Shown one piece after another: positions 25,440-34,461 of a stretch of 64,000 bases of DNA (the stretch's first letter is position 1; every line of letters starts with the position of its first letter). Source of the stretch: Eubacteriales bacterium (lineage in GTDB: Bacteria > Bacillota > Clostridia > Oscillospirales > CAG-272); NCBI GenBank assembly GCA_045576815.1, contig JAZNHD010000038.1, forward strand, positions 151 to 64,150, in the 5' to 3' direction. The translations under genes and the position numbers were made by a program. The notes under the pieces are model-generated. The model was not told where the DNA came from. It made no database searches and saw nothing but the letters and a program-made list of their open reading frames with translations.

Positions 25440-28274
25440 TTAAGATTGCGGCGTGCTGTAAATTTTTTTAATAAGCTCGTCAACAATAAACTGAATCGAT
25501 TTCGGAAGCGGTTTAGTGCGCCATTCCGTTCCTATCAGAGTGTCAAGGTTATCGCATGTTTCATCATCAATCTCTATAATTTTTTTATCTACAAGCTCAC
25601 CGATTGTGCTATCGTTGAAGACGTCGTTTATTTCCGTGCCTATATTCTCCAGAGTTGTTTGGGGAGCTATAAGACTAAGGAATCCCGTATTGCGCTGGTT
25701 TTCCGGAATAATGTCAGCAATAGTGAGCCTTGAATAAAGAGCGCCGAGCTCTTCAAACTTGGTGTTTGCCACTGCATTCATAAGACCGTCAACGGCAACT
25801 CCGTTTTTAGTCCAAGTGCCGCCCGCCCCCTCTTCGTAGCCGAGAATATGACCCATATATGCATCATCGAGAGTATCCTGAATGTTTCCGACAAGTGAAC
25901 CGGCAATAACAGCCATAACACCCTTAACTGCGTTACCACCTTTATCCTTCCAAACGCCTGAACTGTCATCATATCCAAGAACGTCAGCAACCGTGACTGT
26001 CTGAATTCGTTCGGAAAGAGTATCCTCGTTGGTTACGTCCTCGATCTTAAGATCCGCAAGCGCGCCAAGAATACCGGATGCTGCGTTTCCTTCTCCATCC
26101 TCCCATTTTTCGCTCTGCTCGTTGAAGGTATAACCGGCAATTTTACCTATTTGCATACCGTTGATCGTTTTATTTAATTCTCCAACCTTGCACTCGGCAA
26201 TCTCGCGCATAACACCGCTGAGCTCGTTACCGTCTTTATCCTTCCAGACACCTGTAACAGAATCCTTCTTAAAGCCAAGAACCTCATAAACGTCAATATC
26301 CTGTATAGCGGTCTGTACCTTAGAATCATCGCTTAGATCATTAAGGGTAAGGTCTGTGAATGCGCTTATGATACCGCCTTCAACTAGAGTTTCACCGTCA
26401 TACCACTCGCCGTCTATGCCAAGAGTATAACCGATAAATCTACCCACCTTTATATTTTGGATTTCATCTTCAAAATTGTTATTTGAAAATTGCCCGAATG
26501 TAATGTGTGCGAGGTCGGTAGCAAGACTTGTATCCAAAACGAGCTCAACGCGGTTCTCAAGAGGAAGATAGTCCCACGAGTGCCAAGCACCGTTATACTT
26601 GACGAGTCCGCAAATATCACCGAGAGTAAGCGTGTTTATCTCATTCTCAATTCCGCTTACACTGAGGTGAGCCAAGGCGTTCATCATATTATTAACGCGA
26701 TTTCCGGCATTGTCAACCCAAACGGCAATTTCCTTTTCAAGAAGAGAGTGATCGGCCGGCATACCGTTAATATAAAGGTCAAATCCATAAAGCTGCTCAA
26801 GCTCTAAGACGTCACACAAAGCCAAATCGTTCATCAAGTCGTCGGTTGAAAGTCCACCGTTCATCAGGCTCGTAACTGTATAATCCGCAAGCGTTGCGTA
26901 CAAGGCACCTGCCTCATCGCCGTTATCATCAACCCAAATAAACTCCTTGGATTCCGCATCACTCGAATCGTAATCGGGATTTGCTACACGCTCATATCCC
27001 ATAAGCTCGCCAACATAAAGAGTGCCGAAGGCGTCATCAATAGGATTTTCACCGAGAACGGCTTCCATTTTTATATTAAGAAAGGCCTTTTCTGAATTGC
27101 TCGGATACGTGTAGCCGGCATCGGAATGCTTATACCACTCCTCTGCACCGAGCTCATCAACATATCCAAACTCATAACCCATAAGGTGACCAAGCTGAAG
27201 ATCGCCGGTGGCATCAAGGATAATGTCAATCTGCGTGCGTGACTCTCCTGTGACAGGATCCGCTGAGGGATCTAAAAGATCCGAGCATAATACTCCGCAC
27301 ACAGCGGCAAAAAGCGTGTCAACAGGCTCACCGCCCTCGCTTTCATACCACTTATCCGCATTTTCGTCGTAATAATAATTGAGAACATCACCGACGGTAC
27401 GGTTGTCAAGCACCGCAAGCATATCAAAGAAATGCTCGCCCGATTCTTCATCATACACTATCATATCCGAAATCGTCGCGTCGCCTAAAATCCCGGAAAG
27501 TAAAGAATTAGAAAAGTCATTGGTCAGAGAGGATACCAGGCTATCAAGCATCACGTCGCCAACGGTATCTTTTACAACCGCGTATATGTCCTCACCGCTC
27601 TCTCCGGAAATCGACTCAAGCAATGCGCCGAGATCCAACGGTGCAAGAAGCTCAAGCGTGGTGGGGCGGTCGGGATCGGTGGGCACGACCTCGTAGCTTC
27701 CATCCTCCTTGGTTTCATATGCTACTCCCGTGAGATAACCGAGCTTTACACCTTCAAGAAGATATCCAAGCCTCAGCTCAACCACTGCATCAAGCGTCTT
27801 ACCGCTCAGCGCTTCCTTAGCCTGAACGCTTATTATACCATCGGGAATAAACTCAAGTATGAAATCAACCTCAGTGCTTTCAAGAATAGCCGTTATTCCG
27901 TTCGCCGAGAAGAGCTCAGCAAGAGGGATATTGCGTATCCCGTCGGGAACAAATTTCCCCATCCCGTCAGGAAGCCTTAAGCCATAACGCTCTATAAGCA
28001 TATCAAGATCTGCCTCGCTACCGAGAGACATCAGGTACTGTGCTTCCTCTATCAGCTTTTGAATAGTCATAGCACTAAGCGAAACCTCAGCATCAGGATC
28101 AAAGAATTCATCAGTGTTAATCTCCGCACCAAAGCCCTTCACAGTATCAAGAGAAACTGAGGAATAGATATAAAATCCTACTCCCACGATTGCTCCAATA
28201 CAAGAAAGAAAGCCTAATATAAACACAAGAAATAATGCTATAACTCTCAGTATGGCTTTTGCCGTTCTTGTCAT
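25440..28274 (-). CDS. Membrane-anchored, acidic repeat protein of unknown function (944 aa)
   Basis: The start is moved to ATG 28274, with GAAGGGG 7 nt upstream and a promoter at 28326-28354. N-terminal TM anchor 'ILRVIALFLVFILGFLSCIGAIVGVGFYIY', then 10 or more degenerate repeats carrying h-G-x-h-h-G-Y/F ... W-x-D-x-x-G ... G-(V/I)-(L/M). No family recognised. Confidence 0.75.
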   Translation of the reverse strand: MTRTAKAILRVIALFLVFILGFLSCIGAIVGVGFYIYSSVSLDTVKGFGAEINTDEFFDPDAEVSLSAMTIQKLIEEAQYLMSLGSEADLDMLIERYGLRLPDGMGKFVPDGIRNIPLAELFSANGITAILESTEVDFILEFIPDGIISVQAKEALSGKTLDAVVELRLGYLLEGVKLGYLTGVAYETKEDGSYEVVPTDPDRPTTLELLAPLDLGALLESISGESGEDIYAVVKDTVGDVMLDSLVSSLTNDFSNSLLSGILGDATISDMIVYDEESGEHFFDMLAVLDNRTVGDVLNYYYDENADKWYESEGGEPVDTLFAAVCGVLCSDLLDPSADPVTGESRTQIDIILDATGDLQLGHLMGYEFGYVDELGAEEWYKHSDAGYTYPSNSEKAFLNIKMEAVLGENPIDDAFGTLYVGELMGYERVANPDYDSSDAESKEFIWVDDNGDEAGALYATLADYTVTSLMNGGLSTDDLMNDLALCDVLELEQLYGFDLYINGMPADHSLLEKEIAVWVDNAGNRVNNMMNALAHLSVSGIENEINTLTLGDICGLVKYNGAWHSWDYLPLENRVELVLDTSLATDLAHITFGQFSNNNFEDEIQNIKVGRFIGYTLGIDGEWYDGETLVEGGIISAFTDLTLNDLSDDSKVQTAIQDIDVYEVLGFKKDSVTGVWKDKDGNELSGVMREIAECKVGELNKTINGMQIGKIAGYTFNEQSEKWEDGEGNAASGILGALADLKIEDVTNEDTLSERIQTVTVADVLGYDDSSGVWKDKGGNAVKGVMAVIAGSLVGNIQDTLDDAYMGHILGYEEGAGGTWTKNGVAVDGLMNAVANTKFEELGALYSRLTIADIIPENQRNTGFLSLIAPQTTLENIGTEINDVFNDSTIGELVDKKIIEIDDETCDNLDTLIGTEWRTKPLPKSIQFIVDELIKKIYSTPQS

Positions 28275-28325
28275 AAAACGCCCCTTCTGTCCCGAAAAAC
28301 AAGGACACAATTTTGTATATATAAC

Positions 28326-28354
28326 AGTATAACATTATTTTATTTATTTTGCAA
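28326..28354 (-). promoter_or_regulatory. Sigma-A promoter of the repeat-protein gene
   Basis: Minus strand TTGCAA (28354-28349), 17 nt, TATACT (28331-28326). Confidence 0.6.
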
Positions 28355-28361
28355 GAGAAAA

Positions 28362-28390
28362 TTGCTTTTTTTGGATAAATATTGTATAAT
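28362..28390 (+). promoter_or_regulatory. Sigma-A promoter (extended -10) of the AraC-family gene
   Basis: TTGCTT (28362-28367), 17 nt ending in TG, TATAAT (28385-28390). Confidence 0.6.
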
Positions 28391-28416
28391 ATAATTACCT
28401 CAATATAATTACCTCA
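28389..28416 (+). repeat. Perfect 14-bp tandem direct repeat (ATATAATTACCTCA x2)
   Basis: Read directly: copy 1 is 28389-28402 and copy 2 is 28403-28416. The duplication creates a second TATAAT at 28404-28409. Confidence 0.85.
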
Positions 28417-28435
28417 GTATCGAGAGGAGGATAAA

Positions 28436-29332
28436 ATGCCTGATATTACCGAGCGTGTCACAGCTCACGAGATTAAAAAATCAATAGCAATAGATTCCCT
28501 TTTCTCTATTCATTACTTCGAATTTGACGACAGCTTTATAGATAATCCTGAATCGCACGAGCCGTGGGAGATGGTCTACGTTGACAGAGGAAGGTGCAAT
28601 ATAGTTGCCGACGACGATATAATATCGCTCGGTCAAGGCGAGATGTATTTTCACAAGCCCTATCAGCGCCATATGCTAAAAACAATTAAGGGTGTAGCAC
28701 CGAATATATTTATTATCACGTTTTCTTCGCACTCCCCTGCTATGCGTTACTTTGAAAACAGAAAGATTTCAGCATCAATGGAAACAAAGCAGCATATTGC
28801 CGCTATAATTCACGAAGCATCGAGCACCTTTGAGCTGCTATTTAACGACCCGAAGATGCAAGGCTTAAAGCTCCGTGAGGACGGTGCACTCTGGGCAGGA
28901 CAACAGACGGTGCTTTTGCGTCTTGAGCTTATGCTTATAGAAATCGTGCGCTCAAACCAATATTACATAACTCAAAAGAAGCGATACAACCCCAAAGACA
29001 CGATAGACGATGAGTTCGTTCTAAAAATCATCTCTTATATGGAAAATAATCTATACGGTAAATTTACCATGGATGATTTAAGCCGTGAGCTTTCCTTTGG
29101 AAAAACCTATATTTCACGCTACTTTGCAAAGGCGTGCGGAACGTCTATTATTGATTATTTTGCTTCTATGAAAGTAAACGAGGCAAAAAGGTTGATAAGA
29201 GAAACTAAGTACAACTTCTTCGAAATATCCGAAATGCTAATGTTTACAAATTCACATTACTTCTCAACGATATTCAAAAAGCACACAGGCATGACACCTT
29301 CACAGTATAAAAAGTCATGTAAACAAAATTAA
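28436..29332 (+). CDS. AraC family transcriptional regulator (cupin-like sensor plus HTH)
   Basis: N-terminal cupin-like 'WEMVYVDRGRCNIVADDD...YFHKPYQRH'. C-terminal double HTH 'YISRYFAKACGTSIIDYF...MFTNSHYFSTIFKKHTGMTPSQYKK'. Confidence 0.85.
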   Translation: MPDITERVTAHEIKKSIAIDSLFSIHYFEFDDSFIDNPESHEPWEMVYVDRGRCNIVADDDIISLGQGEMYFHKPYQRHMLKTIKGVAPNIFIITFSSHSPAMRYFENRKISASMETKQHIAAIIHEASSTFELLFNDPKMQGLKLREDGALWAGQQTVLLRLELMLIEIVRSNQYYITQKKRYNPKDTIDDEFVLKIISYMENNLYGKFTMDDLSRELSFGKTYISRYFAKACGTSIIDYFASMKVNEAKRLIRETKYNFFEISEMLMFTNSHYFSTIFKKHTGMTPSQYKKSCKQN

Positions 29333-29359
29333 AAGCGAGGCAACTCTGCCTCGCTTTTT
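29331..29359. terminator. Bidirectional terminator (araC-type + / comF -)
   Basis: AAAAGCGAGGCA-actc-TGCCTCGCTTTT, a perfect 12-bp stem. Confidence 0.8.
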
Positions 29360-29368
29360 CGTTCCGTT

Positions 29369-30100
29369 TTAAAGAAATAAATCCTTTTTATAGGCGATAG
29401 CCACAGTAGCACCTATAATCTCCCTTGCGCCCATGCCACGCAAGGTCATTGCCGACACAGCCATAGATGCTCCTGTTGTAACAATATCGTCAACGAGTAT
29501 TATTCGCTTTCCCGAAAGGTCGGTATTGCATTTTGAGAGAACCTCTGCATTTTTTATTCTGTCGCGTCCAACCATTTCTTTTTGCGGAAGCCTTGCTTTC
29601 GATTTTAAGAGCGGCTTATATTCCGCGCCAAAATGCTCCGCCAAGGCGCGCGCAAGGAGTGCTGAGTGGTCAATGCCATAGCGGATTATAGCCTTGCGTC
29701 TTCTCGGTACGTTTGTGAAAAGACAGCAGTTTGGCTCCCTAACGCTTTCCAAAACAGCCTTTGCAAGCTCATCAGACAAGAGTCTTACCACATCCTTGCG
29801 GTTATCCTTTTTAAGACTGTAAATCAGACTGTTAGCTGCAAAATTATCTTCGGTATTTATATATCTGAAGACCTTTATTAGACGCTTTACACAGTGCGAG
29901 GCGAGAAACTTATTCGTACATTCGCATTCACAAAGCCTTCGCGAGCAGCTTGGACAGCTTCTATCCTTCGTGTTCTCGTATTTAAAAAGGCATTCAGGAC
30001 AAAGCGCACGCGCTGGAAAATCCAATGGTATACCGCAAGCGACACACTTCGGAACCGAAGCAAGATGAAGCATCCTCTCCCAAAACTCGCTTACATTCAT
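29369..30100 (-). CDS. comF: ComF family protein (ComFC-like, phosphoribosyltransferase fold)
   Basis: N-terminal zinc-finger Cys pairs (CVACG...CPEC; CPSCSRRLCEC) and the C-terminal PRTase motif 'RIILVDDIVTTGASM'. Confidence 0.8.
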   Translation of the reverse strand: MNVSEFWERMLHLASVPKCVACGIPLDFPARALCPECLFKYENTKDRSCPSCSRRLCECECTNKFLASHCVKRLIKVFRYINTEDNFAANSLIYSLKKDNRKDVVRLLSDELAKAVLESVREPNCCLFTNVPRRRKAIIRYGIDHSALLARALAEHFGAEYKPLLKSKARLPQKEMVGRDRIKNAEVLSKCNTDLSGKRIILVDDIVTTGASMAVSAMTLRGMGAREIIGATVAIAYKKDLFL

Positions 30101-31767
30101 TTTACCGCTTTGGGAAAGCTATCCTTAAGTCCTACAATCTTGTTAAAGCATCCCTCGCGCTTGGTATCCTTAACAAAATATCCGACACGCACAAACTGGA
30201 AGCGCTCGCCGGGCTTTGCCTCGTCAAGAGTGGGTTCAATCTTACAGCCTTCTACCTTTACGGCAGATGAGGTGTTAAGATAATCGTCGTAGGTTTTATC
30301 CTCGGGAATATCTGCCGTATTCTCAATATCGAATAGGAAATCGTAGAGCATAACGTCGCTTTCCTTAGCAAAGTCCGCGGAAAGCCAATGAATAGTTCCC
30401 TTTACCTTTCTGCCATCGGTAGGCATACCGTTGCCGGTCTCAAGGTCCGCGGTGCAACGCAACTCGGTAACGTTACCGTCAGCATCCTTTATAATCTCAT
30501 TACACTTAACGATATACGCGCCCATAAGGCGAACCTCACCGTCAGGCTTCATTCTGAAGAATTTAGGTGGCGGAACCTCTGCAAAGTCGTCGGCATCGAT
30601 ATAAAGCTCACGGGTAAAAGGAACCTTACGCGTACCGCGCTCGGGGTGAGTGGGGTTATTTGCAACGTCAAAGTACTCAACCTTATCCTCTGGATAGTTG
30701 GTTACAACAACCTTTATGGGATGGAGTATTGCAATTCTTCTGTCTGCGGTGTCATTAAGCTCTTCTCTAATGCAGTGCTCAAGCAGCTCGTAATCTACAA
30801 CGCTATATGCCTTTGCAACCCCCGCGCGCGCCACGAAGTCAAAGATTGCAGAGGGAGTATAGCCACGCCTGCGAAGGCCTGAGAGCGTGGGCATTCTCGG
30901 ATCGTCCCATCCGTCAACAAGTCCCGTCTCAACAAGCTTGCGAAGATATCTTTTTGACATAACCGTATGGGTTACGTTAAGTCTTGCAAACTCACGCTGC
31001 TTAGGCTTAACCTCAAGCGGCGGCTCGAACTCAACGTTATCGATTACCCAGTCGTAAAGCGGGCGGTGGTTTTCAAACTCAATGGAGCAAAGCGAATGGG
31101 TTATCCCCTCGGTTGCATCTTGAATTGGGTGCGCGTAATCGTAAAGAGGATATATGCACCACTTATTTCCCTGTCTGTGATGGTCGGTGTGAACTATGCG
31201 GTAAATCGCGGGGTCACGCATATTCATATTAGACGAGGACATGTCTATCTTCGCGCGGAGCGTCTTTGCCCCGTCAGGAAATTCACCGTCGCGCATGCGT
31301 CTGAAAAGATCAAGGTTTTCTTCAACGCTTCTGTCTCTGTAAGGACTGTCCTTACCCGGCTCGGTGAGCGTGCCTCTGTACTCGCGCATCTCGTCGGCGT
31401 TAAGATCGCATACGTACGCCTTACCGGCCTTTATAAGACCTACTGCATAATCGTAGCACTTATCAAAATAGTCAGAGCCGTAGAAAACACCGCCGCTAGG
31501 CTCACAGCCAAGCCACGTAAGATCCTCGTAAATGCTCTCCACGTACTCGTTGTCCTCCTTAGAGGGGTTCGTATCGTCATATCGAAGATTAAATTTTCCA
31601 CCGTATTTTTTCGCAGTCATAGCATTTATCCATATCGCCTTGGCAGAGCCAATATGAAGATAACCGTTAGGCTCGGGAGGAAAACGGGTATGAACTTTAA
31701 GTTCGGGATTTTCGGCTAAATCCGCATCAATTATGTCGTGAATAAAGTTGTATTTGATTTCTTCCAT
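30097..31767 (-). CDS. glnS: Glutamine--tRNA ligase
   Basis: 'RFPPEPNGYLHIGSAKA' (HIGH) and 'VMSKR' (KMSKS), with a C-terminal anticodon-binding beta-barrel region. The start is moved to ATG 31767, with GAGG 6 nt upstream. The stop overlaps the comF ATG (ATGA). Confidence 0.9.
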   Translation of the reverse strand: MEEIKYNFIHDIIDADLAENPELKVHTRFPPEPNGYLHIGSAKAIWINAMTAKKYGGKFNLRYDDTNPSKEDNEYVESIYEDLTWLGCEPSGGVFYGSDYFDKCYDYAVGLIKAGKAYVCDLNADEMREYRGTLTEPGKDSPYRDRSVEENLDLFRRMRDGEFPDGAKTLRAKIDMSSSNMNMRDPAIYRIVHTDHHRQGNKWCIYPLYDYAHPIQDATEGITHSLCSIEFENHRPLYDWVIDNVEFEPPLEVKPKQREFARLNVTHTVMSKRYLRKLVETGLVDGWDDPRMPTLSGLRRRGYTPSAIFDFVARAGVAKAYSVVDYELLEHCIREELNDTADRRIAILHPIKVVVTNYPEDKVEYFDVANNPTHPERGTRKVPFTRELYIDADDFAEVPPPKFFRMKPDGEVRLMGAYIVKCNEIIKDADGNVTELRCTADLETGNGMPTDGRKVKGTIHWLSADFAKESDVMLYDFLFDIENTADIPEDKTYDDYLNTSSAVKVEGCKIEPTLDEAKPGERFQFVRVGYFVKDTKREGCFNKIVGLKDSFPKAVK

Positions 31768-31780
31768 TTTAAACCTCAAT

Positions 31781-32386
31781 CTATCTTAAGTGTACATCAC
31801 TTTTAAATTCTTTGACTGTCGTTTTCTCACCATGACCGGGATAAAGTATAAGGCTATCGTCAAGCGACATAACAGCTCTAATAGAGCGAAGGAGCATATC
31901 ATAATCTCCGCCCGGCAAATCCCATCTGCCATAACCGCCGCCTGCAAAAACGGTGTCACCTACAAAAGCCACCTCACCGTTATATAAAACCACACAGCCC
32001 GGTGTGTGTCCGGGTGTTTCCATAACTTTAAGCACCTCATTACCGATTGCAAACTCATCACCTGAACGCATCAATGAGACCTCGCCGAAATATCCGTCGT
32101 CACTCCCGAAAAAGAGACTATAACAGTTTTTGTACGGGTCACGGAGTGCGTCCTTATCTGCATACGATATATAAGCCGGTGCTCCCGTTGCACTCACCCA
32201 TGAATTTATGCAAAGCATGTGGTCAAAATGCGCGTGAGTTATGAAAATGTATTTTAACTTACCCGGTAGAAGACTGTCGGAATACGGTACTGACGGGTCT
32301 ATTACAGCACACTCGCCCGAAGACTCAATTATATAAGTATTCGAGGCAAAGCCGCCGTTATACTCGGGGCAAAAAATATTAAACAT
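31781..32386 (-). CDS. MBL-fold metallo-hydrolase (glyoxalase II-like)
   Basis: 'THAHFDH' metal motif, 'TPGHTPG' and 'YPGHG'. Confidence 0.85.
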   Translation of the reverse strand: MFNIFCPEYNGGFASNTYIIESSGECAVIDPSVPYSDSLLPGKLKYIFITHAHFDHMLCINSWVSATGAPAYISYADKDALRDPYKNCYSLFFGSDDGYFGEVSLMRSGDEFAIGNEVLKVMETPGHTPGCVVLYNGEVAFVGDTVFAGGGYGRWDLPGGDYDMLLRSIRAVMSLDDSLILYPGHGEKTTVKEFKSDVHLR

Positions 32387-32535
32387 AACCGAACCTCACG
32401 TTAATAATAATTAGTATAACATACTTATAGCGAAAAGTCCAGCGTTTTTCGTCAACTTTTCTATAAAAAGGCATAAACTGTTAATACATTCATTTGAATG
32501 TATTCGTGCTACGGCACAAGGAAGGAGTTTGGGAC

Positions 32536-32772
32536 TTGAATAAAACGGTAGTAACGGTCGAAACCGTCACTTACGCTATGAAGGCGAGAAAGCTGCTCTT
32601 AAGGTGCGGAATTCAGTCGAAACTCATAAAAACAGACTCACAGGATAGCGGCACAGGTTGCAGACACGGACTTGAAATATCGAATAAAGATTACTTTGAA
32701 GCTATAAAGGTGCTCGGAGAAAACGGGATAAGGTTCTCCGTTCCAAAGTTGCAGGTTGATATATTACGATAA
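32536..32772 (+). CDS. DUF3343-like small protein (putative S/Se carrier-like)
   Basis: 'VVTVETVTYAMKARKLLLRCGIQSKLIKT....GCRHGLEI...FEAIKVLGENGI' fits the DUF3343 pattern with a single conserved Cys. I favour TTG 32536 (GGAAGGAG upstream) over the track start 32494. Confidence 0.6.
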   Translation: MNKTVVTVETVTYAMKARKLLLRCGIQSKLIKTDSQDSGTGCRHGLEISNKDYFEAIKVLGENGIRFSVPKLQVDILR

Positions 32773-33874
32773 TGCCGCAACAAGCTATCCAAAGCCTAAG
32801 TGTGTCATAGAAAGGCTAAATTCCTGTATAAAAAGATACTGCGGAAATCCCGGGCGCAGCTCGCATTTTTTAGCCCAGCGAGCCGCAGAAGAAATATATT
32901 CGGTAAGAGAGCGTATTGCAAAGCTTGTAAAGGTATCGGAATGCGAGGGTGTTGTATTTACCTACAACGCTACCTATGCATTAAATATGGCGATAAAAAC
33001 CATTATAACCAAAAAATGTCACGTTATCATTTCGGATATAGAGCATAATTCGGTTATAAGACCTCTTGAAATACTGAAAAAAAGGCTCGGTGTCGAATAC
33101 GACTGCTTTCTTAGCGACGGAGATATAAGAGAAAATATAATACGGCTGCTAAGACCCGACACCTCTTGCATAATTTCAACTCTTGCCTCAAACGTAACGG
33201 GTAAAGAAATCTCAGAGAAAGAATTATCAAAAATTGCGTCCGAGTTTGGACTTGATTTAATACTCGATGCATCACAGGCAATGGGACACCGAGAAATAAA
33301 TCTTGACGCCGCCCCCTGCTCCGCTCTGTGCGCTCCTGCACATAAAGGACTCTACGGAATACAGGGCGCGGGCTTTTGCGTATTCAAGGATACTGTGCGA
33401 CACTCCGATTTTATGGAAGGGGGCAGCGGAAGCGACAGCATAAGCAAGTACATGCCCAATCTTCTGCCCGAGGGGTACGAAGCAGGAACGCTTTCTACAC
33501 CCGCCATTTCCGCCCTCGGTGCCGGGATCGACTATATTAACGGCTATGGGATTTCCGGAATAAGCGAAAGATGTAGAATAATTTCAGATGAAATAAAGAA
33601 TCGCATTCACTCAATAAAAAACGCGGTGATTTATCCGTCTTACGGAAGTATAGTTTCATTCAATCTGAATAACCTACCGTCAAGCGTAGCAGCAAGGAAG
33701 CTTGACAGATATAATATTTGCGTAAGATCGGGATTACACTGTGCTCCGAGTGCGCATGAAAAACTCGGGACCTTGTCAACAGGATGCATCAGAATTTCGC
33801 TTTCCTGTTTTAACACAGTCCGCGAGGTTGATAAGTTCTATAAAGCCTTAAAGGAAATATCCGCAGGTATATAA
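32756..33874 (+). CDS. Class V aminotransferase / cysteine desulfurase family protein
   Basis: 'IYYDNAATSYPKP' N-terminus and PLP-lysine block 'CAPAHKGLYG'. The TTG start overlaps the upstream ORF by 17 nt. Confidence 0.8.
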   Translation: MIYYDNAATSYPKPKCVIERLNSCIKRYCGNPGRSSHFLAQRAAEEIYSVRERIAKLVKVSECEGVVFTYNATYALNMAIKTIITKKCHVIISDIEHNSVIRPLEILKKRLGVEYDCFLSDGDIRENIIRLLRPDTSCIISTLASNVTGKEISEKELSKIASEFGLDLILDASQAMGHREINLDAAPCSALCAPAHKGLYGIQGAGFCVFKDTVRHSDFMEGGSGSDSISKYMPNLLPEGYEAGTLSTPAISALGAGIDYINGYGISGISERCRIISDEIKNRIHSIKNAVIYPSYGSIVSFNLNNLPSSVAARKLDRYNICVRSGLHCAPSAHEKLGTLSTGCIRISLSCFNTVREVDKFYKALKEISAGI

Positions 33875-33906
33875 AGAAGCTGCCGACACGTGTCGGCAGC
33901 TTCTTT
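33875..33906. terminator. Bidirectional terminator (desulfurase + / aroK -)
   Basis: AAGAAGCTGCCGACA-cg-TGTCGGCAGCTTCTT, a perfect 15-bp stem, followed by TATTTTTT. Confidence 0.8.
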
Positions 33907-34411
33907 ATTTTTTCATAAGGGCACGGATCTTACGTTCTGCAATACAGCGATACTTAGTGTAGGAATCACCGTCGCAGTTAATCGTTATATCAGCATACTT
34001 TTCAAGCAGCGGTGCTCTTTCGAGATAGAGATCCTTTATTGTCTGCCCCTCCTTCAAAACTATGCCACGACGTGAAAAATCGCCGAGTCGCTTGAGGAGC
34101 ACGTCAGGGCTTACGTAGAGGTATACAATAATACCATTTTTCTTGAAATGCTGCATTACGCTATCGTAATATACCGCACTTCCTCCCGGAGTAATGATAA
34201 GATTATCCTCGTTTATCGAAAGGAGCGTCCTTTCCTCAAGCTCTTTAAAGGCTCCAAGACCGTCTTCGTTTATAATGTCCTGTAGCTTACGACCCGTTGT
34301 TTCCTCTATAAGACGGTCACCGTCAAGAGTTTTCATTCCTAATCTGCGGGAAAGCGCCCGTCCCATGCATGATTTGCCGGCTCCCGGCATTCCTATAAGT
34401 GTGATAGTCAT
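33905..34411 (-). CDS. aroK: Shikimate kinase
   Basis: 'ITLIGMPGAGKSCMGRAL' P-loop, 'DGDRLIEE', 168 aa. Confidence 0.85.
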   Translation of the reverse strand: MTITLIGMPGAGKSCMGRALSRRLGMKTLDGDRLIEETTGRKLQDIINEDGLGAFKELEERTLLSINEDNLIITPGGSAVYYDSVMQHFKKNGIIVYLYVSPDVLLKRLGDFSRRGIVLKEGQTIKDLYLERAPLLEKYADITINCDGDSYTKYRCIAERKIRALMKK

Positions 34412-34461
34412 AAAGGTGTCTCCAAAAAACTAAATAATAATAAACTGCCTTAAAATATACG

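Noticed and set aside
25344-25733. 129-aa plus-strand ORF spanning the intergenic terminator and the 3' end of the repeat-protein gene.
   Set aside because: It crosses a terminator hairpin, overlaps a supported gene on the other strand, and has no SD.
30388-31719. Long plus-strand ORFs (164 aa and 250 aa) antisense to glnS.
   Set aside because: They lie entirely inside a well-supported minus-strand gene. They have no SD or promoter and a low-complexity, R/K/V-rich composition typical of mirror frames.
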